Assembly (NCBI GenBank): GCA_020328155.1
Contig: JAIXMX010000002.1
Location: 1,847-65,846, forward strand
Length of the DNA: 64,000 bases
Source of the DNA: Candidatus Endomicrobiellum agilis
GTDB taxonomy: Bacteria; Elusimicrobiota; Endomicrobiia; Endomicrobiales; Endomicrobiaceae
Direction of reading: 5' to 3'
Shown here: piece after piece, positions 8,307-18,900 of the stretch
How the letters are laid out: each line of letters opens with the position of its first letter
How positions within the stretch are numbered: position 1 is the stretch's first letter
Made by a program: the position numbers and the translations under genes
Notes under the pieces: model-generated
What the model saw: the letters and a program-made list of their open reading frames with translations, nothing else
Told to the model about the DNA's origin: nothing
The model's database searches: none

Positions 8307-9461
8307 ATGAAAAGTAAAATAGTAATTTTAACGGTTTTAACATTAGTTTTTAGCTCAATAGCTTTTGCATCACAACCGCGGAAGGAAAAAGAAGCAGTAA
8401 TAAAAGGTTTACGTCCTATGGGTATGGGCGGTGCTTTTACTGCGGTTTCTAATGATGAAAATGTATTCTTTTACAACCCTGCAGGTATAACTCGAAAAAG
8501 AAGTGATTGTTTAGTTCAGTTTTCTGCTATTGAAGCTGCCGTAAGTAGTCAGAAATTTGATTATTATAATTTCTATAAGGACAATAAAGTCGATTTGCAT
8601 AATTTTGGTAATCTTCCACTTGCGGACAAGAGTAGATTATTGATACAGGCGATGGAGAATGTCAATTATATTTTTATTTCAGGTCCAAAAATTTTATTTA
8701 TTGCCGAACCTATAGATGTTGCCGAGAACTCTTTGAATTTTGGTTTTGGCATTTTTTCTTATGCCGATTTAAGCTTTGATAAGCTTCGTCCATTGTCGTT
8801 TGAAATGGAAACTGCTGCGATGGGTATTCTTCCCGTCGCTTTTAAAATTAAGTCGCTTAAAGCAATAAAACTTCCCGGATCATTGTCTTTGGGAGCAAAT
8901 TTTAAATATATGTACAGAGCAAAGAGTTTTGGCGATAGTATGATGATTGTTGAGAATTACGATAAGTATGTTTTTGTTGGCGGAAAGTCTTTTGGAATAG
9001 ATTTGGGAACAATATATCATTTGAATTCGCACTGGAATTTCGGTTTGAGTATAGCAGATTTTTATGGTTCTGAAATAGAGTATAAGAAATTTAATTTAGC
9101 ATCATATAGGTCTTCAGAGATTTGTTATACGGCAAAAGTTAATCCGAAGCTAAACTTTGGAGCAGCATATATAAATGGCAAATTTGTTTTTGCATTTGAC
9201 TTAACAGACTTAATGAATCCAGATTTTGGCGAGGTTACTATTAAAAATTTACTACGTATCGGCGGACATGTCGGTGCTGAGTATAAATTTGGTATATTTG
9301 TTATAAGAGGAGGATTGAATTTTGGTTATCCTACAATTGGAGGAGGGATTGTTTCCGATGTAATTCGTCTTGAATATGCGTTTTACGGGGAAGAAAAAGG
9401 AAATTATGCGTGCAGAAAACCTGCTTGGTTTCATAGGATAGCGCTTTCTTTCAGATTTTAG
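8307..9461 (+). CDS. Outer-membrane beta-barrel protein (FadL/PorV/TraF-like family signature)
   Basis: The ATG at 8307 gives the signal peptide MKSKIVILTVLTLVFSSIAFA. The motif GMGGAFTAVSNDENVFFYNPAG is present. The sequence has alternating beta-strand character and ends in a terminal aromatic (..LSFRF). Confidence 0.65.
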   Translation: MKSKIVILTVLTLVFSSIAFASQPRKEKEAVIKGLRPMGMGGAFTAVSNDENVFFYNPAGITRKRSDCLVQFSAIEAAVSSQKFDYYNFYKDNKVDLHNFGNLPLADKSRLLIQAMENVNYIFISGPKILFIAEPIDVAENSLNFGFGIFSYADLSFDKLRPLSFEMETAAMGILPVAFKIKSLKAIKLPGSLSLGANFKYMYRAKSFGDSMMIVENYDKYVFVGGKSFGIDLGTIYHLNSHWNFGLSIADFYGSEIEYKKFNLASYRSSEICYTAKVNPKLNFGAAYINGKFVFAFDLTDLMNPDFGEVTIKNLLRIGGHVGAEYKFGIFVIRGGLNFGYPTIGGGIVSDVIRLEYAFYGEEKGNYACRKPAWFHRIALSFRF

Positions 9462-9748
9462 AATAAATTTATGTTAAAAAAGAAACAAAAGCAGAAATAA
9501 GGCAGAATAGCAGTGATGTTGTAGTAATTTACAGGATTTAAGATTTGCTGTGTACGAAACATGCAAATTTTTGAAACGTATTTCAGGAAGGGTTTTAAAA
9601 ATAGAGAAAACGGAAGCACATCAAAACGGTCTGTCCGCAGAAAATGGCGACACCAAAAAAACCACGCTGTTATAAGAAAACATATATATATTTTATGTAA
9701 GACATTATCATTTTATTCTATATCTTTTAAAGTCGGTCTGAAAAAATA

Positions 9749-10759
9749 CTATTTTATTTTAACGATTGTTCCTGCAATTTTATCGTCAGTGCTTATTGAA
9801 ACTGCGGTGATTGTGTAGTTATCAAAAGATTCATTGACTTCTTTTCCTGGGTTTTCATTAGCTTTAGTTATTACCTTAATCAGATTTTGGTTTTCTGAAA
9901 TTTCAAGTATATGTCCACTTTTTTCAAAATCTTTTTTCAAGATATTGTCAGTATTGTCGTAAGCATATACGACTCTGTTTAGTGAATTTAAGATTATAAA
10001 TGTCAGACTATCTTTAACTGACGTTTCCTGTGAATACTCAATAATTTTGCTTAAGCTTTCTCTGTCTTCTTCTAGTATTTCTATTTTCTTTACAATTTTT
10101 TCTCTTTCTGTCACAAAAATATCTGTGATTTCATCGTATTTGCCTTCTTTTATATTTTCCGAAGATTTGTTCTCCAAAGATTTTTTTATTTTTTTAAACG
10201 GCAGCATTATAAGTAATTTTGAAAGAAAATAGAGAATTGTTGCAATAAGTAATGCAACGGACGAGGCGACGGCGTAGTATTTTACTTTCCAATGTTTTGC
10301 AGTTTCTTTTGCTTTTTGGACTGAAAATACACAAAACAGCGTGTGGTTATCCGTGAGCGGTTCTGAAAATAGTAAAAAATCTTTGTCGGACGTTTGTTGT
10401 AAAAATTCAGCCTTTTGTTTTATTGCTTTATTGTAAATCCCGCTGGTTCTTTCTGTATTCCATTCACTTACGTTGTTATGTATGGTTACCTTGCTGTTTT
10501 TATCCAAAATAAAGCAGGTTGTAATATTTTCTATTTTTGCAACTGATTCAATATTTATAAGAAGATTTATATCGTCTGAATTTTCAAGAGCTTTGTTAAG
10601 AGACGGGACGATTACTTTTAAGGCGGATTTGGCTTTTTCCACCGCCATAATTTCCATATCTCTTGCTTTGTCTTTTGAAAGGAATTCAACAAGCGGGTAA
10701 AAAACTCCACAGACTACTATTAGTGATAAAAACGATAGGAATATAATATTTTTTCTCAT
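9749..10759 (-). CDS. Membrane protein of unknown function: two TM helices flank an extracytoplasmic domain, followed by a cytoplasmic coiled-coil/alpha-beta tail
   Basis: A 336-aa ORF in an AT-rich sequence is unlikely by chance. It has an N-terminal helix IIFLSFLSLIVVCGVFY and a second helix YYAVASSVALLIATILYFL. I recognised no catalytic motif. Confidence 0.7.
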   Translation of the reverse strand: MRKNIIFLSFLSLIVVCGVFYPLVEFLSKDKARDMEIMAVEKAKSALKVIVPSLNKALENSDDINLLINIESVAKIENITTCFILDKNSKVTIHNNVSEWNTERTSGIYNKAIKQKAEFLQQTSDKDFLLFSEPLTDNHTLFCVFSVQKAKETAKHWKVKYYAVASSVALLIATILYFLSKLLIMLPFKKIKKSLENKSSENIKEGKYDEITDIFVTEREKIVKKIEILEEDRESLSKIIEYSQETSVKDSLTFIILNSLNRVVYAYDNTDNILKKDFEKSGHILEISENQNLIKVITKANENPGKEVNESFDNYTITAVSISTDDKIAGTIVKIK

Positions 10760-10880
10760 GATAAATTTAATTATAACATAAATTGTAACGAGTTGTCATC
10801 GTGGACCGGCAGCGTTAACTTAAACAGTATAGGAATTGCTTTTTCGTGTTGTCGGTTTTCTATATTAAAGGATTTTAAGA

Positions 10881-11198
10881 ATGGAAGATATAAAGTTAAA
10901 TATAACTATATTGAGAGCGGAAACATTCTGGAAAAGATTTAGAGGATTTATGTTAAAAAGAAGCGCAAATTATGCTCTTTTGTTTGACAAATGTAAATCT
11001 GTGCATACTTTTTTTATGCGCTTTGATTTGGATATTGTCTATTTAGACGACAAAAAAAGAGTTGTAAAAGTTATAAGATCTTTAAAACCTTTCAGGATAG
11101 TGTTGCCCGTAAAAAATGCGGTTTCAATTCTTGAGATTCCTTCAGGTATTATTGACGTCGGAGCGTTGCAAGCATTTAAGAAATTGATTGATTTTTAA
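10881..11198 (+). CDS. DUF192 (COG1430) family protein
   Basis: AETFWKRFRGFMLKR...ALLF....SVHTFFMRFDLDIVYLD matches the DUF192 pattern (A.T...R..GLM.R...F....WM.nt..pLDi.f.d). Confidence 0.65.
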   Translation: MEDIKLNITILRAETFWKRFRGFMLKRSANYALLFDKCKSVHTFFMRFDLDIVYLDDKKRVVKVIRSLKPFRIVLPVKNAVSILEIPSGIIDVGALQAFKKLIDF

Positions 11199-11293
11199 GT
11201 AAAAAAATAGATTTATTGTTTTGACTGTAATTCAGGAAAATGATATAACTATTAGGGTTTTGTTTTAATTTTACACAGAGGAAAGAGCAGTAG

Positions 11294-12757
11294 ATGGAAA
11301 AGATTAAACGGCAGCCGGCTCCTATCGAACAAATAATTCGGCAGAGAAAACAAAAGGCGAGAGATTTTACAAATTCTGGAATAAATCCTTATCCTGCGAA
11401 ATATGCTTTAGATAAGAACAACGCTGATATCCAGAAAGAGTTTATTTATCTTGAAAAGGAGCAAGTGGCGGATGTAAAAGTTAAAGCTGCAGGCAGGGTC
11501 ATGACTTATAGAAATATGGGTAAGGCGGCATTTTTGGATATAAGGGATGGATTTGCGAAAATTCAAATATATGTTCGTGCAGATAAAATAGGAGAAGACC
11601 AATACGAGCTTTTTAAAAATGCAGTTGACACCTCTGATATCATTGCTGTTGAAGGAGTGCCTTTTAGAACAAAAACAAACGAACTAAGCGTAATGGTTGA
11701 AAAATGGACTATGCTTACGAAGGCATTAAGACCGTTACCTGAGAAGTGGCATGGACTTAAGGATACGGAGACGAGATACAGGCAGAGGTATCTGGATCTA
11801 ATCGCAAACAGCGAAGTAAAAGATATTTTTGTAAAAAGAAGTATGGTAATTTCAGCTGTAAGGCACAAACTTGAAGAACTTGGTTTTATAGAAGTGGAAA
11901 CTCCTGTTTTGCAGTCTCTTGCAGGGGGAGCAAATGCAAGGCCTTTCATAACGCATCATAACGCTTTAGATATAGATTTGTTTTTGAGAATTGCTCCGGA
12001 ACTTTTTTTAAAACGACTTGTGGTCGGAGGTATGGACAGAGTTTTTGAGATCGGAAGAAATTTCAGAAATGAAGGTATAGATAAAAACCACAATCCTGAA
12101 TTTACTATGTTGGAGCTTTATCAGGCGTACGCCGATTACAATGATATGATGGATGTTAGTGAAGTTTTAATCAAGACAGCTGCAAAAAAAATTGGCTCAA
12201 CTATAAATTTGGAGTTCAAAAGAGCAAAGATGTTTGATTTAATAAAAGAATACACGGGACTTGATTTATTCTCGTATATTGAAAGCGGAAAGATGTTTGA
12301 GCAGGTAAAACATTTGAATCTTGATTTGCCCGAAAATGCGAGTGATGAAAAGACTTTAGATCGTCTTTTTAACGAGAAAGTTGTACCGAATTTAAAAAAT
12401 CCTACTTTTGTTATGGATTACCCCGCAGTTTATTCGCCGCTTTCAAAAGTTAAATTTGATCAGCCTGAAATAGCCGAAAGATTTGAACTTTATATAAATG
12501 GAATGGAGATAGGAAATGCCTATTCCGAACTCAATGATCCGGAACTGCAAAAAATAAGATTTGCACAACAGATGGAAGCAAAAAAAAAGGGCGATGAAGA
12601 AGTTATGCCTTATGACGAAGATTTTATTTTTGCGCTTGAACAGGGTCTTCCTCCGACAGGCGGCTTGGGTATTGGTATAGACAGGCTTGTTATGATTTTA
12701 ACTGGTGTCGAATCAATCAGGGAAGTGATAATGTTTCCCGCGATGAGGCCCGAATAA
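11294..12757 (+). CDS. lysS: Lysine--tRNA ligase, class II
   Basis: OB-fold N-domain and class II motifs ([29 protein letters not shown]). Full length, 487 aa. Confidence 0.95.
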   Translation: MEKIKRQPAPIEQIIRQRKQKARDFTNSGINPYPAKYALDKNNADIQKEFIYLEKEQVADVKVKAAGRVMTYRNMGKAAFLDIRDGFAKIQIYVRADKIGEDQYELFKNAVDTSDIIAVEGVPFRTKTNELSVMVEKWTMLTKALRPLPEKWHGLKDTETRYRQRYLDLIANSEVKDIFVKRSMVISAVRHKLEELGFIEVETPVLQSLAGGANARPFITHHNALDIDLFLRIAPELFLKRLVVGGMDRVFEIGRNFRNEGIDKNHNPEFTMLELYQAYADYNDMMDVSEVLIKTAAKKIGSTINLEFKRAKMFDLIKEYTGLDLFSYIESGKMFEQVKHLNLDLPENASDEKTLDRLFNEKVVPNLKNPTFVMDYPAVYSPLSKVKFDQPEIAERFELYINGMEIGNAYSELNDPELQKIRFAQQMEAKKKGDEEVMPYDEDFIFALEQGLPPTGGLGIGIDRLVMILTGVESIREVIMFPAMRPE

Positions 12758-12763
12758 ATATTT

Positions 12764-13993
12764 ATGAATATGTTGCCTGTGGAGTTTTTTATAGCATTCA
12801 GGTACCTAAAAGCGAGGAAGAAAGGTTTTTTTTCTTTACTCACTACTTTTATTGCTATAGGCGGTACTAGTTTGGGAGTTGCGGCGCTTGTTGTAACTCT
12901 GGCTGTTATGAGTGGTTTCCAAAGCGATATAAGAAACAAAATTCTGGGCATACAGCCGCATATAGTTGTTATAAGAATTGACGGTGAATTATTTAAAGAT
13001 TATCTTCAGATTGAAAATAAAATAAAAACAAACAATGCAGTTCTAAATGTTTCTCCGTTTATATATAAACAGGGAGTAATCAGAAGTCTCGGCTCGGCAG
13101 CTTCAACGGGCGTAGTAATAAAAGCCATAAATTATGAAAATGAAGATAGTATGCTTGGTCTTTCAAAACAAATAACAATTGCAGATATAAATTTTAACGG
13201 TAAGAAAATAGGGGAAAAATCAATAATTCTCGGGAATGAACTCGCAAAAGGTATTGCTGTCGGGGCAGGTGATGAAGTTTTTTTAATGTTTCCTGGCGAT
13301 TTCAGAAGTATTCCTAAAATGTATAAGTTTACGGTGTCGGCTGTTGTACAGTCTGGAATGTATGATTTTGATTCTTCTCTGGGTTTTATCGACTTGGAAG
13401 AAGGACAGAAACTCTTTTCAATGCAAGATGAGATAACGGGGTTTGATGTAAATACAAATGATTTTGACAGAGCTGTAACGACAGCGTCGCAGCTGCAGAA
13501 AGATTTGTCCTATCCATACAGGGTAAAAGCGTGGATTGAGATGAATAGAAATCTTTTTTCAGCCCTTAAGCTTGAAAAAATAATGATGTTTCTAATTTTA
13601 GGACTTATAATACTTGTAGCTGCATTTAACATTATTTCCAATCTCCTGCTTTTAAGCGTTCAGAAATCAAAGGAAATAGGCATAATGTCTGCAATGGGTT
13701 TTTCAAAGTTTTCAATTTCAAAAATATTTTTTTACGAAGGGCTTATTGTAGGTTCGTCCGGGACTGCTTTAGGAATTACATTTGGGCTTATAGTGAGTTT
13801 TGTTTTGAAATATTTTAATATATTTAAGCTGCCGAAAGGCATTTATTATGTTGATAAGCTGCCTGTAACAGTAATACCTGCAGATATAGTCATGGTTGCC
13901 GCAAGCGCGTTTATTATTACTGTGGCAGCTGGAATTTATCCAGCTTATCAGGTTTCAAAATTAGAGCCGCTTGAAGCGATAAGATATGGGTAA
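12764..13993 (+). CDS. Lipoprotein-releasing ABC permease, LolC/LolE family (FtsX-like)
   Basis: FIAFRYLKARKKGFFS....IAIGGTSLGVAALVVTLAVMSGF and a C-terminal FtsX domain. Followed by lolD. Confidence 0.85.
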   Translation: MNMLPVEFFIAFRYLKARKKGFFSLLTTFIAIGGTSLGVAALVVTLAVMSGFQSDIRNKILGIQPHIVVIRIDGELFKDYLQIENKIKTNNAVLNVSPFIYKQGVIRSLGSAASTGVVIKAINYENEDSMLGLSKQITIADINFNGKKIGEKSIILGNELAKGIAVGAGDEVFLMFPGDFRSIPKMYKFTVSAVVQSGMYDFDSSLGFIDLEEGQKLFSMQDEITGFDVNTNDFDRAVTTASQLQKDLSYPYRVKAWIEMNRNLFSALKLEKIMMFLILGLIILVAAFNIISNLLLLSVQKSKEIGIMSAMGFSKFSISKIFFYEGLIVGSSGTALGITFGLIVSFVLKYFNIFKLPKGIYYVDKLPVTVIPADIVMVAASAFIITVAAGIYPAYQVSKLEPLEAIRYG

Positions 13994-14132
13994 ACGGAAG
14001 AGAGCGGTGAGCTAGTGTTGTTTTTAGCTTGTCGTTACGAACAGCCAGCGAAGTTGTAAAGTTGAAAATCCAGAAAGACTGAAATATTCCATAGCTCGCA
14101 ACTTTAGTTGCTTTACTCTCTCAAAGTATAAT

Positions 14133-14813
14133 ATGAGTACAAATAAGCGTAGAATGAACATAAGAGTAGAAAACTTAAATAAAAACTATAAGAAAAAAGA
14201 TTCGCCTGACGTTAAAGTGTTGAAGAACGTCAATCTTGAGATAATTTCAGGGCAGAAAATAGCTTTGACGGGTCCATCCGGAGCTGGTAAAAGTACTTTA
14301 ATTCACATCTTAGGACTTATGGACAGACCTACATCGGGTAAAGTTTATATAGATGATGTAGATTGTTTCGAGGGCGATGATAAGTACTTATGTATTATGA
14401 GAAAGAAAAATATAGGTTTCGTTTTTCAGTTTCATTACCTTATGCCGGATTTTACTGTTTTGGAAAATATTCTACTTCCAGTATGGGGTGAGAAGAACAT
14501 AAAATTCAAACAAGCTCAGAATATTTTGGAAAAAGTAGGACTTTTACACTGGCAAGATCATTTTCCTAACGAGCTGTCTGGCGGAGAGCAACAGAGGGCA
14601 GCGCTTGCAAGGGCATTGATAAATAATCCGCAGATAATTTTTGCCGATGAACCTACCGGTAATTTAGACAGAGTTACGGGGTGTGAAATAGAAAAATTGC
14701 TATTTGAAAGTTCTTCACAAACGGGTTCAACACTTGTGCTTGTTACGCATAATGACGATCTAGCTTCCAAAACCGATAAAGTAATAAAAATGACTGATGG
14801 AAAAATAGTGTAA
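14133..14813 (+). CDS. lolD: Lipoprotein-releasing ABC ATPase LolD
   Basis: Walker A GPSGAGKST, signature LSGGEQQR, Walker B IIFADEPTGNLD. Adjacent to the LolC/E permease. Confidence 0.8.
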   Translation: MSTNKRRMNIRVENLNKNYKKKDSPDVKVLKNVNLEIISGQKIALTGPSGAGKSTLIHILGLMDRPTSGKVYIDDVDCFEGDDKYLCIMRKKNIGFVFQFHYLMPDFTVLENILLPVWGEKNIKFKQAQNILEKVGLLHWQDHFPNELSGGEQQRAALARALINNPQIIFADEPTGNLDRVTGCEIEKLLFESSSQTGSTLVLVTHNDDLASKTDKVIKMTDGKIV

Positions 14814-14939
14814 ACAAAGCAGCAAACGCAATGTATGTTTGCCATGCTGAAAATTGAAAATTTGGAATATTGTTTTTTTTTGAGAGGGGCAAAAACTTTT
14901 ATAAAACGATATTAAATCTTATACTGAAAGGAGAGATGG

Positions 14940-15815
14940 ATGAAGATTTATCTTGATGGGAAATTTGTTGAAAGAGAAGATGCAAAAATTTCTGTTTTTG
15001 ACCATGGATTACTTTATGGAGACGGCATTTTTGAAGGTATAAGGGCGTATAACGGGAGAATTTTCAGATTAAAAGAACATTTGGACAGATTATGGGCATC
15101 TGCAAAAGCTATTAACATTACAATTCCTGTTCAGCAAAAAGATATGGAAAAAGCAGTAATCAAAACTCTTTTGGCAAACGAACTCTACGATGCCTACATA
15201 AGACTTGTAGTTACAAGAGGCCGAGGGGATTTGGGTCTTGATCCCAGAAAATGCACACTGCCGCCATCAATAATAGTCATTACGGACAATATTTCTTTAT
15301 ATCCTGAAGAACTATATGAGAAAGGAATGGATGTAATAACGGTTTCCACAAGAAGAATAAGACAGGATTCTTTAAGTCCGAATATTAAATCGCTTAATTA
15401 TTTAAACAACATAATTGCAAAAATGGAAGCTACAAGAGCTGGAGTTATGGAGGCCATAATGTTAAACGCCGAAGGGTATGTGGCTGAATGTACCGGCGAC
15501 AATATTTTTCTAATGAAAAACGGGATTCTTTATACGCCTCCCGGCTCGGAAGGAGCTTTAATGGGAATAACAAGGGACGCTGTGATAGAGCTTGCAAAAA
15601 ATAAACTGAAAATTTCAGTGAAAGAGGAACGTATCAGCATATACAACGTATATACTGCAGACGAGTGTTTCCTAACCGGGACCGCAGCTGAAATAATACC
15701 TGTTGTTACCGCCGATTCAAGAGAAATTGCTGACGGCAAACCGGGCAAAATGACGGTGAAACTTATAAAAGAATTTAAAAATCTTACGAGATTGACTGGC
15801 ACGCCGATTAAATAG
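14940..15815 (+). CDS. ilvE: Branched-chain amino-acid aminotransferase (class IV, short form)
   Basis: VFDHGLLYGDGIFEGIRAYNGRIFRLKEHLDRL and the overall 291-aa class IV layout. Confidence 0.8.
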   Translation: MKIYLDGKFVEREDAKISVFDHGLLYGDGIFEGIRAYNGRIFRLKEHLDRLWASAKAINITIPVQQKDMEKAVIKTLLANELYDAYIRLVVTRGRGDLGLDPRKCTLPPSIIVITDNISLYPEELYEKGMDVITVSTRRIRQDSLSPNIKSLNYLNNIIAKMEATRAGVMEAIMLNAEGYVAECTGDNIFLMKNGILYTPPGSEGALMGITRDAVIELAKNKLKISVKEERISIYNVYTADECFLTGTAAEIIPVVTADSREIADGKPGKMTVKLIKEFKNLTRLTGTPIK

Positions 15816-15933
15816 TTAGTTGTCATTCATCTGCCATATTAAAGGTTTTATACTGCACAACAGAGTTGTTTTACTTTTCAAAATGACAGGCAACAGCATA
15901 TCCTAAAACAAGTTACGAATAAGTTTATTTGAC

Positions 15934-18900
15934 ATGACGGCAAAGGTGCGAGGTATGTGCAAATTTCTGAAATACATTATGTCTATGCTTATTGTTTTAG
16001 CTGTGCTGGTTTCTTTATTATACTATGCAAGGGCTTCCATATTTGTACCTTTTATACAAAAATACATTCGCGCTAAAATAGGACATGAAATAAAGTTTGA
16101 TAATTTTTATATTTTGCCTCAGACTTTCAGTTTGGCGTTTACGAATGTAAAAGTAGATAATGTATTTGCGGTAAAGAAAATAACGTTTAATTTGAATCCT
16201 ATAAAGTTTTTTGCTTATATTGCTGCTCCGATGAAATGTATAAGCCGAATAGATATATCAAAACTGGAGGTTTCTTTAAACGCAAATTCTAAAGATAAAA
16301 ACGTTTCATCGGATAAAAACAATACTGCTTTTAAACTTCCTGAGTCTAAAATTACAATATTTGTAGATGAAGCTGTAATTAAAAATAATAAAGAGATTTT
16401 GAAGATTATAGATGCGCGTATATTGCTGGGTCCAAATCAAATCAACTTGGAGTCTATGATATATGCCTTAGGCATTCCGATAAAGATCAATTCGCACATT
16501 AAACGCGCGGCAGGCAACATTTTTAACATTTCGTCAATCCTTGCTGCGGAAAATAAATTAGATATGCTTGTGAACTCAAGCGGAACTGTTGATTTATCGT
16601 CTTTGGATATAACTCAAAATATTGCGGTTGAAAAACTGATATATGGCGGATTTAAGTTAAACGGTTCTTCGGGTATTTTTTCAAAAACAGGAAATGCTTG
16701 TAAAATAAGTTTATCAGGCAGCTTTGGAAAATTTGAGTTTAATTCTTTCGCGGACGGTGTGGCTGAAGCTAAATCCAAAATTGATATTTCAGAAATCAAC
16801 AAAAGTATGTCTGGAAATATTAATTTAAATTTTAAAAGACAAAATGATACGGCTGTCTTTGGATTGAATATAGTAGATTTAGTCGTTTTTGGCTTTAGAT
16901 TCAGAAATTTTAATTTGTCGGGAATGAAAAATCATAACGGCATTTACGATATGTCATGTATATATGAAACTGGCGGGAAAATCAAAATCGGCTATACAAG
17001 AAATGGGAATTATAAGGCATGCCTCGTAATTGGAAATAAAACTGCGGGGACGGTTGAAGGTAATACGGAAACCGGCGAAGTTGCGGTGGATATAAAGAGT
17101 GTCGATGCTGCATACGTCCCCGTAATTCCTTTTATATGGAAAGATGCCAAAGGAATCGTTAACATTTCAGGCGCAATAGATGAGGTGTCTGGACAAATTG
17201 ATTTTGCATTCAAAAGTCTCAATGTATCGACGGGCATAAACAGCGCGAATGTGACGGGAACCATAAACAGAAGCAATGATATGTATGTGTTCAATTTTTA
17301 TAAAAATGACAATTCCTTTGTCTTAAATAGCGTTATAAAAAGCGGTGAAATAGTTTCAGCAGACTTTAAATTTGCCGGTATTGATGTTTCAGATATATTG
17401 CGTATTTGCGGATATTCAAAATATAGCGTTTTGGGAACGGTCAGCGGACGCGTGAAATATGAAAAAAACTCAGGAGCGGAATTTGATATTAAAGTTTTTA
17501 ATGGAATATTATATGGTAATAAATTTAAAAAAATTGAAGCTAAAGGCGACGTAAATTTAGATAGGATAAATATAGAGCGTTTTATACTTAAAAATGATTC
17601 TGACGAAATCACAGCCGATATAATGGGACTGCTTGGTTTCACGAAAGCAAATTCAGTTTCTTCGGTTTATGTTAATGTAAGAGACATCGACGTCGGCGGG
17701 GTAAAAGTGAGCGGGTACGCATCCTTTCAGGGCAGTTTAAGCGATAATGATGAGATTAAAGGCATCGTTGAAAGTGTGGGGTCCAATGTATCCGGAGTAT
17801 CTCTTGGGAATCTTTTGGCAAATGCGACAATTTCAACAAAAAAGTTTGAAATTTCCAATTTAAAATCCAACAATGGCATAGAAGCGTCTGTAAGAGCAGA
17901 TTTCAAGGAAAATAAATTGTCGGGAAATCTTTCCTTTAAAAATACGGATATTAAAGGCGTTTATAACGGCGTATCCGGATTGTTGAACTCTACTGTAAAG
18001 TTTTCTGGCGAGTTGGACAATCCCGATGTCAGAATTGCGGCTTGCGTAAAAAAAGGGAAATATTTATTCCAATCTTTTTCTTTCTTGTCCGATTTGGAAT
18101 ACAGAAACAGTGTCTTTAAAGTGGATAAAGCTGTGCTGTCGGCGGATAAAACAAAAGTTTCACTGAAAGGAAATTATTTAAATGGCGGCATTATTTCTTT
18201 AACTGTTGAGAATTTAACTGAAAGGATTATCAATACATTTGTGGGTTTTAGAACTCCATTAAAAGGAAGTTTTTCGGGCGACGGCGTTCTTATGGCAAAG
18301 GACGGAAAACAGTGTCTTAAAATGTCTTTACAAGCTAAAAAGGCTTATGTTAAAACATTAAAGTTAAATGATGTTAAATCAGACATTGAAATAAACGGTG
18401 ACAATATTGCGATAAACAGTGCTTCCGCAGGAATTCTGGATAGCGAAATAAAAGTGGATAAAGGTTTCTTTAATATTGAAGACGGGAAATATGGGCTTAA
18501 TTTATCGTTGATTAACGCTCATGCGGGTCCTTTTGATTTGTTTGGCAGCATAAAATTATCAGGCGAAATAATAAAGAGGAAAGGCGGTTCTATATATACT
18601 GGCGCGATCGATTTGCAAAATTTATGGATAAACAAGTATAAGTTGTCTTATTGTCGCTTTGACTATAATATTAAAGACAAAACTTTGGAGTTCCTGCAAA
18701 AAGCGGACGGTGTGAATTTATATGATTCTTCGGGGCTTATTGTTTTCGGCGACACAATATCCGTAAAGAAATTTAATATTTCAAAAGATAAAACTTCTTT
18801 AGATTTAAAAGCAGATTTTTCAAATAATTCTGTCGATGTTGAAGTCGAAGGTTCAAATATTGACTGGCGCTTTATAACTGACGTTTTAAATCTGCCGATT

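Noticed and set aside
9561-9818. An 85-aa plus-strand ORF in the convergent gap after the Tad-linked barrel gene.
   Set aside because: It overlaps the 3' end of the 336-aa minus-strand gene. It has a basic, low-complexity N-terminus and no RBS, so it is probably spurious.
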